In this document: positions 49,145 to 59,400 of the stretch, one piece after another
Layout: each line of letters begins with the position of its first letter
Position numbering within the stretch: the first letter of the stretch is position 1
Assembly: GCA_018652045.1 (NCBI GenBank)
Contig: JABICX010000017.1
Span: 6,293 to 70,292, forward strand
Origin: Candidatus Woesearchaeota archaeon
GTDB lineage: Archaea > Nanobdellota > Nanobdellia > UBA10117 > JABICX01
Direction: 5' to 3'
Length of the DNA: 64,000 bases
Notes under the pieces: generated by a model
Databases searched by the model: none
What the model saw: the letters and a program-made list of their open reading frames with translations, nothing else
What the model was told of the DNA's origin: nothing
Program-made: the position numbers and the translations under genes

Positions 49145-51315
49145 TGAAAAAGATTAATGTTGATATTAAAGGCATGCATTGTCAGAGTTGTGTTACGTTA
49201 GTTGAACGATCTCTTAAGAAACTTGATGGTGTTCAAGACGCAGTTGTTAATCTAACCACTGAGAAAGCCACTGTCAACTTTGACGAATCAAAACTAACTG
49301 AAACACAGGTAGTTGACACGATTAGCAAGAAAGGTTATCCTGCTTCTTTGCTTACAGATGCGAAACCTAACTCAGATAAAGAAGCTAAAAAGAGGAAGGC
49401 TGAGATTAGAAAGTTAAAGCGACTTTTTAGTTTTAGTCTTGTATTTGCAATACCTGCGTTTACAATTGGTATGATCTTCATGTGGCTAAACATAATGATA
49501 CCGCACCAAGATTATATTCTATGGGTGTTAGCAACACCAGTACAGTTTATTGTTGGTGCACAGTTCTATAAAGGTACATGGACCGCTCTCAAAAACAAGA
49601 GCGCTAACATGGATACATTGATAGCGGTAGGAACAAGTGCAGCTTACTTCTACAGTGTATATGCAGTGTTGTTCATACCGGGTGCAGGTCAATACTTTGA
49701 AGCATCTGCAGTATTGATTACGTTAGTCTTAATGGGAAAGTTATTAGAAGCAGTTGCAAAAGGAAAAACTTCTGAAGCAATTAAAGAGCTAATGCATCTA
49801 TCTCCGAAGATTGCAATTGTGATTAGAAACAAAAAGGAACTTCGTATTCCTATTGATGAAGTTAAAGTTGGTGATGTCATACTTGTAAAACCTGGGGAGA
49901 AGATTCCTGTAGATGGAATTATTGTTGAAGGAAGTTCTGCAGTTGACGAGAGCATGATAACTGGAGAAAGTCTTCCGATTGAAAAGAAGAAGGGTGACAA
50001 AGTTATTGGCGCAACAATAAACAAAACTGGATCATTTAAGTTCCGTGCAGAAAAGATCGGAGCTGACACAACACTGTCGCACATCATAAAGTTAATTGAA
50101 GATGCGCAAAGTAAGAAAGCACCCATACAACGATTTGCGGATGCAGTCTCAGCATACTTTGTTCCAACAGTTATACTAATTGCAATCTCAACATTTGTAA
50201 CTTGGTACTTTATACTCAACCGTGAGTTTGCTTTTGCACTTATCGCTGCAGTAGCAGTTCTAGTTATAGCCTGTCCATGTGCGCTAGGGTTAGCTACACC
50301 AACAGCAATTATGGTCGGAACAGGTAAGGGTGCAAAAAAAGGTATCTTGATTAAAGGAGGAGACTCTTTAGAAACCGCTCATAAACTTAAGAGCATCATC
50401 TTTGACAAAACTGGAACAATAACTAAAGGTGTTCCAGAGGTTACTGAAGTTATACCGGTTACAGGTTCTAAGGCAAAGCTACTACAGATAGCAGCTTCCA
50501 TTGAACAACTGTCTGAACATTCTCTAGCTGAAGCAATTGTCAAAGAAGCTAAGAAAACGAAAGTTAAACTCAACAAAGCAACAAACTTCAAAGCCATACC
50601 TGGTCATGGAATCGCTGCGAAGATTGGGAGAGAACAATATTACTTTGGTAATGAAAAACTCATGACTAAAAACAAGATTAGTATTGCTAAAGTAAAGACA
50701 CAGTTACGTAATTTAGAGAATCAAGGAAAGACTGTAATGATTCTTGCTAACAAAGGTAAAGTTAGCGGACTGTTAGCGGTTGCAGATACGATCAAACCTA
50801 CTTCGACTAAAGCAGTCAGAGCCCTCGAGAGAATGGGTATCGACGTCTACATGATAACTGGCGACAATGAAAGAGCTGCTAATGCGATTGCAAAACAAGC
50901 TGGAATCAAACATGTCTTCGCAGGAGTCTTGCCAGAAGAAAAGGCGGGATATGTAAAGAAGCTCCAGAAGAAAGGTCCTGTAGGTATGGTCGGCGATGGT
51001 ATCAATGACGCACCTGCACTAGCTCAGGCAGACATTGGTATTGCAATGGGTTCTGGAACTGACGTTGCAATGGAGACGGGTAACATCGTGTTAATGAGAA
51101 ACGATCTTCTTGATGTAGCTCGCGCAATAAAACTCAGTAAAATGACTATGAGTAAAGTTAAACAAAACATGTTCTGGGCTTTATTCTACAACTCACTCGG
51201 TATTCCCGTTGCAGCATTAGGTATGCTTAATCCGATGATTGCTGGAGCTGCTATGGCACTAAGTTCGGTGTCAGTTGTATCAAATTCCTTATTATTAAAG
51301 GTGAAAAAAATATGA
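49144..51315 (+). CDS. copA: Copper-translocating P1B-type ATPase CopA
   Basis: [14 protein letters not shown] in TM6, [17 protein letters not shown]. Start at MKKINVD, overlapping the upstream stop (ATAATG). Confidence 0.9.
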   Translation: MKKINVDIKGMHCQSCVTLVERSLKKLDGVQDAVVNLTTEKATVNFDESKLTETQVVDTISKKGYPASLLTDAKPNSDKEAKKRKAEIRKLKRLFSFSLVFAIPAFTIGMIFMWLNIMIPHQDYILWVLATPVQFIVGAQFYKGTWTALKNKSANMDTLIAVGTSAAYFYSVYAVLFIPGAGQYFEASAVLITLVLMGKLLEAVAKGKTSEAIKELMHLSPKIAIVIRNKKELRIPIDEVKVGDVILVKPGEKIPVDGIIVEGSSAVDESMITGESLPIEKKKGDKVIGATINKTGSFKFRAEKIGADTTLSHIIKLIEDAQSKKAPIQRFADAVSAYFVPTVILIAISTFVTWYFILNREFAFALIAAVAVLVIACPCALGLATPTAIMVGTGKGAKKGILIKGGDSLETAHKLKSIIFDKTGTITKGVPEVTEVIPVTGSKAKLLQIAASIEQLSEHSLAEAIVKEAKKTKVKLNKATNFKAIPGHGIAAKIGREQYYFGNEKLMTKNKISIAKVKTQLRNLENQGKTVMILANKGKVSGLLAVADTIKPTSTKAVRALERMGIDVYMITGDNERAANAIAKQAGIKHVFAGVLPEEKAGYVKKLQKKGPVGMVGDGINDAPALAQADIGIAMGSGTDVAMETGNIVLMRNDLLDVARAIKLSKMTMSKVKQNMFWALFYNSLGIPVAALGMLNPMIAGAAMALSSVSVVSNSLLLKVKKI

Positions 51316-51746
51316 AAGAATATGTAATTATTGGAAGCTTACTGATACTAACTATATTTGTATCAGGATGTATAACTGGAGGCGCCAGTGCAGACATAGA
51401 TGGTAAATCTGTAAAGATTCCACTATCTGAACTATCTGACCAAGCTAAGTTCTATACTCTTGACGACAACGGTGTTGAGATAAACTACTTTGTAGTATTG
51501 GGTTCAGACGGTGAACCAAGAACTGCTTTCGACGGATGTGATGTCTGTGGTGGATCTAAGGGATATAGACAAGATGGAACTGATATAGTGTGTAACAATT
51601 GCGGTAAAGTTTTTAGGATCGATGGCTTAGGAACCAAAAATAGGGGAACTGGATGTTGGCCAAGTTATTTACCACACACGATAGAAGATAATCAGTTAGT
51701 AATCCAAATCAGTGATATACAAAAGGGTCGAGCTCAGTTTGCCTAA
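51312..51746 (+). CDS. Lipoprotein with CxxC...CxxC motif (DUF2318-like), putative metal-binding
   Basis: Lipobox FVSGC; motif [13 protein letters not shown]...[10 protein letters not shown]. Start overlaps the copA stop. Confidence 0.55.
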   Translation: MKEYVIIGSLLILTIFVSGCITGGASADIDGKSVKIPLSELSDQAKFYTLDDNGVEINYFVVLGSDGEPRTAFDGCDVCGGSKGYRQDGTDIVCNNCGKVFRIDGLGTKNRGTGCWPSYLPHTIEDNQLVIQISDIQKGRAQFA

Positions 51747-51765
51747 ACGACCTTTTATTTTTTAT

Positions 51766-53658
51766 TTAATAATAATCTACAAATCTACGTCTAGTTACTT
51801 CTCCAGTGATTATTTCTGCTCCGCCAGAGTTATCTTCTCCAGATTCGCCAGAAGAATCATCAGATCCACTATTCTCTGATTCGGTGCTTTCAGGATCATT
51901 GCTATTACTACCAGATCCGTCTGACTCTGTTCCACCACCATCGTTTCCGCCAGAGTTGCCTCCTGCAAAGTTATCATCATCAGACCCGCCGCCAAGACAG
52001 ACACACATCTCATCTACACAGTCAGTGTTCTGGCCAGGACATTCTTGCTGACATCCATCTTTACACTCACTCCAAGTAGAAGAGTCATCTGGATCATACT
52101 CACCGTCATTAGAACCACCTGAGTCTCCACCAGATTCACCATTAAAGTAACATTCACAACCATCAGGTCCACAACCAGTTCCAGTAGAGTCTGAAGGACA
52201 CTGAGCTGCACAATTATCACATTTTGGAGCTTGTTCAGACTCCCATCCCCATACAGTCTCATCACAAGCATCTTTTGTATAAGCGTGCTTCTTTAAGCAG
52301 ATCTCAGGTAAGTCTGTCGGTAGGTTCTCTTCGATCTCTTGCCATATTCCATCAGCTGCATCATCATAACACTTTAGTCGCGCCATAGCGTCTGTAAGCT
52401 CAGTACATCTAGTATCAACACCTTTTCCACCAGCGCCATCTTCAACCTTAGTGGTTCCACCTTCGCCTAAGAACTCTTGACAACTATAATAATCATGTAT
52501 CTCGTGGCTCTGACAGACTGGATCTCTATAATCTACATTCCACAAAAAGTCCTTACATTCATCAGCACCAAGGCCCTTATCTGCACATATCGGATGTTCA
52601 GAATCCATGTGCGAATTCGCAAGTAACTCTGCGCAGAAGTCCCACATATCATTCTCATTCTCAAAATACATTGTAGCAAAAGCTTCTTGACAAGCTGGAT
52701 CTGCGTGCTTTGTAGCCATCTTTTTTCCACATTCTGAAGCATCTTCACCCTCACACTCTTTTGGCATATGCTTCTCAAACTTAGCTTCTGAAAACTCGCC
52801 TTCAACATCATCAAAAACTGACTGCAAGTAGCTAGGTAAATCAGGCATCTTAAAAGTCTCTAACTTTGTACATGCAGACTCGTCTCCAGCTTCACAAGAG
52901 ACGGCCATACCTGAAGCTTCAGTACATGCTTTAGCAAAGTCAGGTGATTGAATATCGTCACATTTACAATTCTTTCCCTGTGATGCAAAACAGGATGTGA
53001 TTATACCATGAAAGTTCTTAGCCTCTTCTGCTTGCTCAGAGGTTAACTCGTCATCTAAGGCTCGTTGCCAGGCAGGTGAATCTTCACCAGTCTTACATGT
53101 TTCTGCATATACCTCAAAATCTAACTCTGCAAGACTTGTACATAGGTTTCTGATCTGATCAGCTAACTGTGCAGAGGTTGCGATATTCTTCTGCGATTGC
53201 TTTTGTTCGGTTACCTGTTCACGAACACCTGACCATTTCTCTCCTTCAAGATCGCCTTCTAATGAATTTAAAAGTTCAGTTACTGCCTTACTACTTGCTG
53301 TTGCTCTAGGAGCAAGATCGGGCGTAATTTGCTTTTCTAAGAAATCGTTATACTCTTCTGCTTGCTCTAGCGCATCTTTCGCTGCTTGTTCATGACCGCT
53401 ATTGATCATCGCTTCTGCTTCAGCGATCTTTTCCTCTTTGTAAGCTAGAACAGCTTCAGGATCTTCAGAGGTTTCAAAGAGAGAATCTAAAAAGTATAAT
53501 GGGTTATCTGGAGTTAGACCTGCATCAGTCTCAAGCTTAACATCCCCTACATCTGAATAAACGTCTTCTTCAGCAAAAGTGATTGCTGCGCTTACACTAA
53601 ACATAAGTGTAAAAACAAGCAAGAGCGAGAATAACTTTTTCATAACATCTCCTGTCAA
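51766..53658 (-). CDS. Large acidic Cys-rich secreted protein (about 45 Cys) with Gly/Ser/Asp-rich C-terminal region
   Basis: Signal peptide, pervasive D/E and paired Cys (CKCDD, CEGEDASEC, CDNCAAQC), low-complexity GGNSGGNDGGG region. Confidence 0.6.
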   Translation of the reverse strand: MTGDVMKKLFSLLLVFTLMFSVSAAITFAEEDVYSDVGDVKLETDAGLTPDNPLYFLDSLFETSEDPEAVLAYKEEKIAEAEAMINSGHEQAAKDALEQAEEYNDFLEKQITPDLAPRATASSKAVTELLNSLEGDLEGEKWSGVREQVTEQKQSQKNIATSAQLADQIRNLCTSLAELDFEVYAETCKTGEDSPAWQRALDDELTSEQAEEAKNFHGIITSCFASQGKNCKCDDIQSPDFAKACTEASGMAVSCEAGDESACTKLETFKMPDLPSYLQSVFDDVEGEFSEAKFEKHMPKECEGEDASECGKKMATKHADPACQEAFATMYFENENDMWDFCAELLANSHMDSEHPICADKGLGADECKDFLWNVDYRDPVCQSHEIHDYYSCQEFLGEGGTTKVEDGAGGKGVDTRCTELTDAMARLKCYDDAADGIWQEIEENLPTDLPEICLKKHAYTKDACDETVWGWESEQAPKCDNCAAQCPSDSTGTGCGPDGCECYFNGESGGDSGGSNDGEYDPDDSSTWSECKDGCQQECPGQNTDCVDEMCVCLGGGSDDDNFAGGNSGGNDGGGTESDGSGSNSNDPESTESENSGSDDSSGESGEDNSGGAEIITGEVTRRRFVDYY

Positions 53659-53753
53659 GCATACAATATAAATTCTTTGGAAAGCTCTCGCTTATATAAC
53701 AATTAAAAAATAAATTAAAAAATAAATTAAAACTAACGATTAATTATGAATAA

Positions 53754-53951
53754 TTAATATCGTTGAGGTCTTCGCTTTTTAAAGCATTCTTGACAGAAAA
53801 CATCTTTACCTTCAGTTGGCTTGAATGGTACTTCACATTCTTTCTTACATTCAGTACAAGTTGCTTTATGCATCTCTCGGGGGCCACGATCGAAATCTCG
53901 TCTTGGTCCGCCTCTAAATTCTCCCATTTTTTTCCTCCTTATCTTAAACAC
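53754..53951 (-). CDS. Small basic zinc-ribbon protein
   Basis: CTECKKECEVPFKPTEGKDVFCQECF, i.e. CxxC-x16-CxxC. Likely start MGEFRGG. Confidence 0.5.
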   Translation of the reverse strand: MFKIRRKKMGEFRGGPRRDFDRGPREMHKATCTECKKECEVPFKPTEGKDVFCQECFKKRRPQRY

Positions 53952-54021
53952 TATAAGAACTCAACTACATTTCAGCATTCCTATATGCTCTGATAATTAG
54001 CCATTTTTAGTGTTTAAAAGG

Positions 54022-54408
54022 TTATGCTTTACGTAAACCAAAAGCACAGATGCCATTTTTCTTCAAGTCTTTCGCATAACGTGGAAATGAACAAATTATA
54101 TCTTCTGCTTCCTTTAACGAGCGGACACCGGGAAAAACGTTTGCTAAGCCCTCTACTTTCAGCATGCTTTCAACCGTCGGATAATGATGGTTGAATTTTA
54201 CAATAAAACGCGCAAGAGGGTAATCTAATCGATTAAGCGTATTACTATCTAGCACCTGTATAACAATCTTATCTCCTGCTTTAATCTTTGTATAGTCTTT
54301 AGCAGGATTACTCAGATCTGGAACTCTACTCTCAACGGTTTTGTTCTTATGCAATGCATTATACCATTTAATATCTTTCAAGAAGATACTCAATGTCCAT
54401 TCAGCCAT
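54022..54408 (-). CDS. ASCH-domain protein
   Basis: KTVESR matches the ASCH GxKxxExR motif; 128 aa. Confidence 0.5.
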   Translation of the reverse strand: MAEWTLSIFLKDIKWYNALHKNKTVESRVPDLSNPAKDYTKIKAGDKIVIQVLDSNTLNRLDYPLARFIVKFNHHYPTVESMLKVEGLANVFPGVRSLKEAEDIICSFPRYAKDLKKNGICAFGLRKA

Positions 54409-54448
54409 ATTTTATATCCTAAAACAAGATTATAAAGACTTTGAAACA

Positions 54449-54874
54449 CTAACGACGAACCGCTCTCTGCGATATAAGATCTTGTCTCTTCTCAAGAATC
54501 GCTGCTTCAGTTACATCACTAGAAGCAATATCTTCGGTTTCTTCAGTTTTATCAACTACTGAAATATGTTGATTTGGGAAAAAAGTATTTGCTATATCTA
54601 AGTTACTTGAAATATCTGCTCTAAAAGCAGCGTCATTTCGATGATAACCTATAAAAACAGCATTTACTCCGGGAGGAATCGGTACAGTATGTTGATGAAA
54701 ACCGCAGGGATTCACATCTAAAATACCTACTTGCAAGACATTTCCTTGTACATCTTTAACAACCTTAGCATCTCTTTTACCTGCAGATGCGACTACTTTT
54801 TCGTCAGTAACATTAACAGATGGGTGTCCCCATACTTTTATACCGTATTCTCTAAATAATTCCTCTCGACGCAT
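54449..54874 (-). CDS. Cupin-fold protein
   Basis: Cupin motifs (GFHQH followed by PPGVNAVFIGYHRND). Confidence 0.45.
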   Translation of the reverse strand: MRREELFREYGIKVWGHPSVNVTDEKVVASAGKRDAKVVKDVQGNVLQVGILDVNPCGFHQHTVPIPPGVNAVFIGYHRNDAAFRADISSNLDIANTFFPNQHISVVDKTEETEDIASSDVTEAAILEKRQDLISQRAVRR

Positions 54875-54938
54875 ACAGTACTACTTAAAAAAAGTTTAAA
54901 AGACTTACGACGGCGCAAGATACAATCAATAAAGTCGT

Positions 54939-55715
54939 TTAGTTAAATAAACCGTTAAAGAACTCTGCAATTGCCGCTACGAAAGCAGGTGACTCACTTG
55001 CAGAATCTTGATCAAAAACAACATTGTCTTCACTTGGCTCGTGGCCAGGTTCATAACTATCAGGTCCGCTTCCAGGATCATCTCCAAACTCTGCAGAGGC
55101 ATCTGCGCACTGAATATCAACAATACAGTCCCAACCCTCTCCAGAAGGTCCTTCTATTGGCTCACCATAACAATGCGCACATTGTGCATAACAAACATCC
55201 TCTTTCGCAGTGATCTGTTCGTCATTTAAGCAAGGACCATCATATAGATGTACACACTGCTGAGCACACATCTGACAGACATCATTTCCAGTTTCACCTT
55301 CCTTACTACTTCCACAGATTGCTTCAGGGTCGTGTGTAGAAACACACTCCGTAATACACTTCTGCTCTTCATCCATATCTTCTAAGGCAGGTGCTTTAAC
55401 CATATCACATTCAGCATCACAGTCTGTTTGACGTGAAAGCATGCATGCTTCATACTTTGCCATATTAGCCTGCATCTCCGCAGGAGTCATATCAGTAGAT
55501 CCGCTCTCTTTGTTAAACATCGCACAGTCTCTATCTACACAATCCTGAACACATTGCTCGTCAGCAGTCATTGAAGGTGGACCGCTAGGATCAAAACTCA
55601 TTCCACCAGCTTCAAAGCCGAAAAATCCAACAATATCTGCAGAAGGCAGAGCTCCCACAATAGATGCTACCAACAAAACAATAACAATCCCAAGCAAAGC
55701 ACTACGTATCTTCAT
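54939..55715 (-). CDS. Acidic Cys-rich secreted protein, similar in character to 51766..53658
   Basis: Signal peptide; CxxxC/CxxC-rich (CVQDCVDRDC, CQMCAQQCV, CYAQCAHCYG); D/E-rich. Confidence 0.55.
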   Translation of the reverse strand: MKIRSALLGIVIVLLVASIVGALPSADIVGFFGFEAGGMSFDPSGPPSMTADEQCVQDCVDRDCAMFNKESGSTDMTPAEMQANMAKYEACMLSRQTDCDAECDMVKAPALEDMDEEQKCITECVSTHDPEAICGSSKEGETGNDVCQMCAQQCVHLYDGPCLNDEQITAKEDVCYAQCAHCYGEPIEGPSGEGWDCIVDIQCADASAEFGDDPGSGPDSYEPGHEPSEDNVVFDQDSASESPAFVAAIAEFFNGLFN

Positions 55716-55770
55716 AACTATTGTTATGTCTACTTGTATTTAAAAGTTGAGAAAAATAAAAAATAATCGT

Positions 55771-55953
55771 TCAGTGATGATGTCTAATCATTGCTACTGA
55801 AAAGATTATCAAAATCAAAGGTAACCATGGAATATCTAAGCTTATCCACCCTGCCTCTGCAAAAGTCCATAAGATAGCGAGTATCAGAACGATAACAGCA
55901 GGTGTCTGAGCATGTCCACAGTGACATTGACGCGCGTTTGTTTTCTTTGCCAT
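55771..55953 (-). CDS. Small membrane protein with CHCGH and C-terminal HHH
   Basis: 60-aa ORF with one TM helix. Confidence 0.3.
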   Translation of the reverse strand: MAKKTNARQCHCGHAQTPAVIVLILAILWTFAEAGWISLDIPWLPLILIIFSVAMIRHHH

Positions 55954-56005
55954 ATATATGCTATAGGCTACTAGTTAATAAAAGTTATTCAGAATAAGCG
56001 TTTAC

Positions 56006-56839
56006 TTACTTAACTAGATCATCTAGCTTTCTTATCGTTCTCTTGAACTCCTTAAGACCGAATGCTTGCTTTTTTTCACTTAAAGCATCAGTTACATTTG
56101 TAATTTTATCAGGGGTTATTACATGAACATCAATACCGAGAGATCCTCTATCCTTACTTGTAGCAAATCTTACTGCATTATATATTGCAAATAGTTCTCC
56201 AGCGAGTACATTGCTACAGTAACTAGGTATAAACTCTGTGTCGCTCGTTAAAACTTCATATGCTTGCTGTGCATGCGGTCCGCCAGATCCAGCAACTACT
56301 GTATCCATCGGAGCAACAACTCCATTTTCACCAACTGCGTATAACCTAACATTTTCACAATCTCTATGTGCGACAGTTAAATTAAATAGTCCACCTGTAT
56401 TATAATGAATACCTTGGGACATTGCGCTCAAGTTCAGCGACTGTACTGTGGGTGAATGTCCTTTCTTCAGATCTTTAGCAAAATCAAATTTCTTAAGACC
56501 ACCATCCTCACCTTGTATCTGCTTTGCAAACTGTAAAAAGTAAGATGATATACTACCTGCAACGCCAATAAGCATTGTTTCTTCAGGATCGGAAAAAGTC
56601 TTTCTATCGAACGATTTTTGATGATCATAAACAATTCCACCTGGAACCTCTACAGGTATATCTCTGCTAAGCTGGAAATCTGCTCCAAAAATAGCTGCTT
56701 GAGTTGGATTTTCAATCTTTGGGCTATCTGCTTTTCTAACTAATGGTAAATATGCATTTGCAATCTTACGTGCAATATGAGTTGTCATTTCACTAATAGG
56801 TAGTATATTTGTTTTAAAAGCCTTTCGATATCTACTCAA
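56006..56839 (-). CDS. Proteasome beta-type (Ntn-hydrolase) family protein with divergent N-terminal region
   Basis: The C-terminal half resembles proteasome beta subunits (GSGGPHAQQAYEVL; RGSLGIDVHVITPDK). The mature N-terminus lacks the Gly-Thr-Thr processing site. Confidence 0.55.
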   Translation of the reverse strand: MSRYRKAFKTNILPISEMTTHIARKIANAYLPLVRKADSPKIENPTQAAIFGADFQLSRDIPVEVPGGIVYDHQKSFDRKTFSDPEETMLIGVAGSISSYFLQFAKQIQGEDGGLKKFDFAKDLKKGHSPTVQSLNLSAMSQGIHYNTGGLFNLTVAHRDCENVRLYAVGENGVVAPMDTVVAGSGGPHAQQAYEVLTSDTEFIPSYCSNVLAGELFAIYNAVRFATSKDRGSLGIDVHVITPDKITNVTDALSEKKQAFGLKEFKRTIRKLDDLVK

Positions 56840-57785
56840 CTTCGTAGCTATCTGTGAGCGCTAAGTCTCCAACCTTGTCTCTCAAGAAAAGAGTATCACC
56901 CTCATTGTTCCAGACCGCCTGCGTTCTGCCCCAATAGACTTCAGTATCTGTCTTATCACCCGTTCCAGAATAGAGTGTAAACTCTGCAGGTGCTACAAAC
57001 TCAAAAAATGTATAACTGTTCGAAGCGCTCTCATCCTTAACCGTCCATCCCGCCATGTCCAGATTATCACAGGTGTTTGCAAAAGTAATAAACTCTTCAT
57101 TCAGATTCTCATTGTCATTACCCTCTGCGTCATAGTTAAACTCCGATATGGTTAGACAATTCTTGAACTCTGAAGCTTTCCACAAGCAAGTGTTCGTGAT
57201 CTGTGCTGCTTTTTCTGCAGCTTCGAAAGCAGGTGCATACTTACCATCTCCAGAATAATCATATGCAATAGCATAACCATCAGATACAAGTTTAAGGTTA
57301 ACGAATGTGTTGTTCATCCAGATATATCGCAACTTCCTGCCGTACATATCAACATCCTCTTCGTCAAGTTGAAGCTTAACTTCTTGATTTAGAACCATCT
57401 CACTCAATGCAGACGTAGCTTCAGAAGAACATTTTTCGCCAGTTTCCGGTGCATTGATACCTAACAATCTAACCTTGCTTCCATCATCCAATGTAACTGT
57501 ATCGCCATCAGTCACCTGTGTGACCGTCCCCGTCTCAGTATCATCTGTAAACTTGAAAGTTATTCCATCTTTAGATACGTCAGTGTGACCTCTCGCAAAG
57601 TCAAACACGCCAGATATTCCAAAGCTAAAGCCAAAAATAAAGTAAACGAGAATCAATAAAACAACAATAATTATGCCTGCCTTGATTATAGATCCAATGA
57701 GATGCATAAGAAGCCATGCGATAATAACAACCACTGCAAGACCTAAAACAAGCGTAACTAATGCCATAGTATAGCTAGCAAGCAT
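56832..57785 (-). CDS. Membrane-anchored extracellular thermonuclease (SNase-like) with C-terminal lamin-tail-like domain
   Basis: N-terminal TM helices. SNase motifs (VTDGDTVTL, RLLGINAPE, YGRKLRYIW). C-terminal EGDTLFLRDKVGDL, an LTD-like feature. Confidence 0.7.
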   Translation of the reverse strand: MLASYTMALVTLVLGLAVVVIIAWLLMHLIGSIIKAGIIIVVLLILVYFIFGFSFGISGVFDFARGHTDVSKDGITFKFTDDTETGTVTQVTDGDTVTLDDGSKVRLLGINAPETGEKCSSEATSALSEMVLNQEVKLQLDEEDVDMYGRKLRYIWMNNTFVNLKLVSDGYAIAYDYSGDGKYAPAFEAAEKAAQITNTCLWKASEFKNCLTISEFNYDAEGNDNENLNEEFITFANTCDNLDMAGWTVKDESASNSYTFFEFVAPAEFTLYSGTGDKTDTEVYWGRTQAVWNNEGDTLFLRDKVGDLALTDSYEVE

Positions 57786-57786
57786 T

Positions 57787-58554
57787 CTATATAATAGTTA
57801 TTAGAATCAAAGAAACTGCGATACAGTAGACACCAAACATCCAAAGCCGTTTACTTAGTATGATCTTTAAGAAAAGTTTCAACGACAGGTATCCAACAAT
57901 CATTGCTGCAAGAGTCCCTGCAAGCAAAGGTAACGTTAGACTTACAACCATATCTGAACTAACATATTCAAACACAGCTGCGCCAATAATCGCAGGTACT
58001 GCTAACATAAAAGAAAACTTCGCTGCATCTTCACGGTTTGCGCCGGCTATCAACGCAGAACCAACGGTAGCTCCGCTTCGAGAGATTCCAGGTATAATCG
58101 CGATACCTTGTACTAAACCCATCAATGCAGAATGCTTGATCTTCAACTCACCTTCTTTCTCAAACCGTTCTATAACAAGTAAGAAAACTCCCGTTACAAA
58201 CAGCGCAGCTGCAACATATCTTACCTGATTAAATAGTCCTACAAAAAAATCGTGCCCAAAGAACCCGATGAATCCAGTGATTACAGATCCAATGATTAAA
58301 AACAAAAGCCATCTACCATACTTACTTTTGAAGTCAAGCTTGATGAACGCCTTAAACATAGCTATGAACTCCTTACGCATAAATGCTACAACAACTATCG
58401 CAGTTCCAACATGCAACATGATGTCGAAGAAAATTGGAACGTTAATCTCAAACAGCTGTTGAAAGATAACCAAATGACCTGAACTAGAAACAGGTAGCCA
58501 TTCAGTTAAACCTTGTAAGATTCCTAGAAAGATAGCCTGTATAACACTAACCAT
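57787..58554 (-). CDS. uppP: Undecaprenyl-diphosphatase (UppP/BacA)
   Basis: LTEWLPVSSSGHL, PGISRSGATV motifs. Confidence 0.85.
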   Translation of the reverse strand: MVSVIQAIFLGILQGLTEWLPVSSSGHLVIFQQLFEINVPIFFDIMLHVGTAIVVVAFMRKEFIAMFKAFIKLDFKSKYGRWLLFLIIGSVITGFIGFFGHDFFVGLFNQVRYVAAALFVTGVFLLVIERFEKEGELKIKHSALMGLVQGIAIIPGISRSGATVGSALIAGANREDAAKFSFMLAVPAIIGAAVFEYVSSDMVVSLTLPLLAGTLAAMIVGYLSLKLFLKIILSKRLWMFGVYCIAVSLILITII

Positions 58555-58596
58555 ATTAAGCGAACTTTTTAATAGATATAATGTTTTCGATATTAC

Positions 58597-59400
58597 ATGG
58601 TTCTTAAGAAACTTGAGACTGAACTTAAGATTCGCGGTATGAGCAAGCAGACAATCTTAACCTACGTTCTTCATTGCCGAAAGTTCTTAGAATTCATCCA
58701 GAAGCCTGCGGAAGATGTCGAAGAAGATGATGTCAAAGCGTACCTTGCTGAAAAAATGTCGCATGATGCAGCACCACGATCAGTTGCATTAACAAAAGCT
58801 GCTATAACTTTCATGACTAATGAGATTGTCGGCAAATCTATTAAGATCAAAACTCCGAAGATTCCTCGCTCAGTTCCGGAAGTTCTAAGCAGAGAGGAGA
58901 TTAAACTACTTTTAGACCATGCAAAAAGCGGCAAGCACAAGCTTATTATTGAACTACTTTACTCATCAGGTTTACGACTCAGCGAGCTAATCAATCTTAA
59001 GCTTGAGAACCTCGAGATGGATAAAAAACATGGGTGGGTTCGCGGAGGAAAAGGTGGAAAAGATCGAATGATAATTCTTTCTGACAAAGTTATTGAACAC
59101 ATCAGACAGTTCTGTGGGGACCGTAGAACTGGTTATCTTATCTCTGGACGTGGTGAACAACTATCTAGCAGAGCGGTACAAAAGGCTCTTGATGAAATTG
59201 CAAAACGTGCGGAAATCACAAAGAAAGTCCATCCACATATGATGCGTCACTCATTCGCAACACACTTACTAGAAGCTGGAACTGACATAAGAAAGATACA
59301 GGTCTTACTAGGACACGCAGACCTTAGTACGACACAGATCTACACAAAAGTTTCAAACGAAGAACTTAAGAAGATTCGCAGTCCCATGGATGCACTATGA
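58597..59400 (+). CDS. xerA: Tyrosine recombinase XerA/XerC-like
   Basis: C-terminal catalytic region (HMMRHSFATHLLEAGTDIRKIQVLLGHADLSTTQIYTKV), R...H-R-Y arrangement. Confidence 0.85.
   Translation: MVLKKLETELKIRGMSKQTILTYVLHCRKFLEFIQKPAEDVEEDDVKAYLAEKMSHDAAPRSVALTKAAITFMTNEIVGKSIKIKTPKIPRSVPEVLSREEIKLLLDHAKSGKHKLIIELLYSSGLRLSELINLKLENLEMDKKHGWVRGGKGGKDRMIILSDKVIEHIRQFCGDRRTGYLISGRGEQLSSRAVQKALDEIAKRAEITKKVHPHMMRHSFATHLLEAGTDIRKIQVLLGHADLSTTQIYTKVSNEELKKIRSPMDAL

Noticed and set aside
53700-53735. 13-nt tandem AAAAAATAAATTA x2
   Set aside because: Very AT-rich simple sequence in a promoter/terminator spacer. Likely slippage with no evident function.
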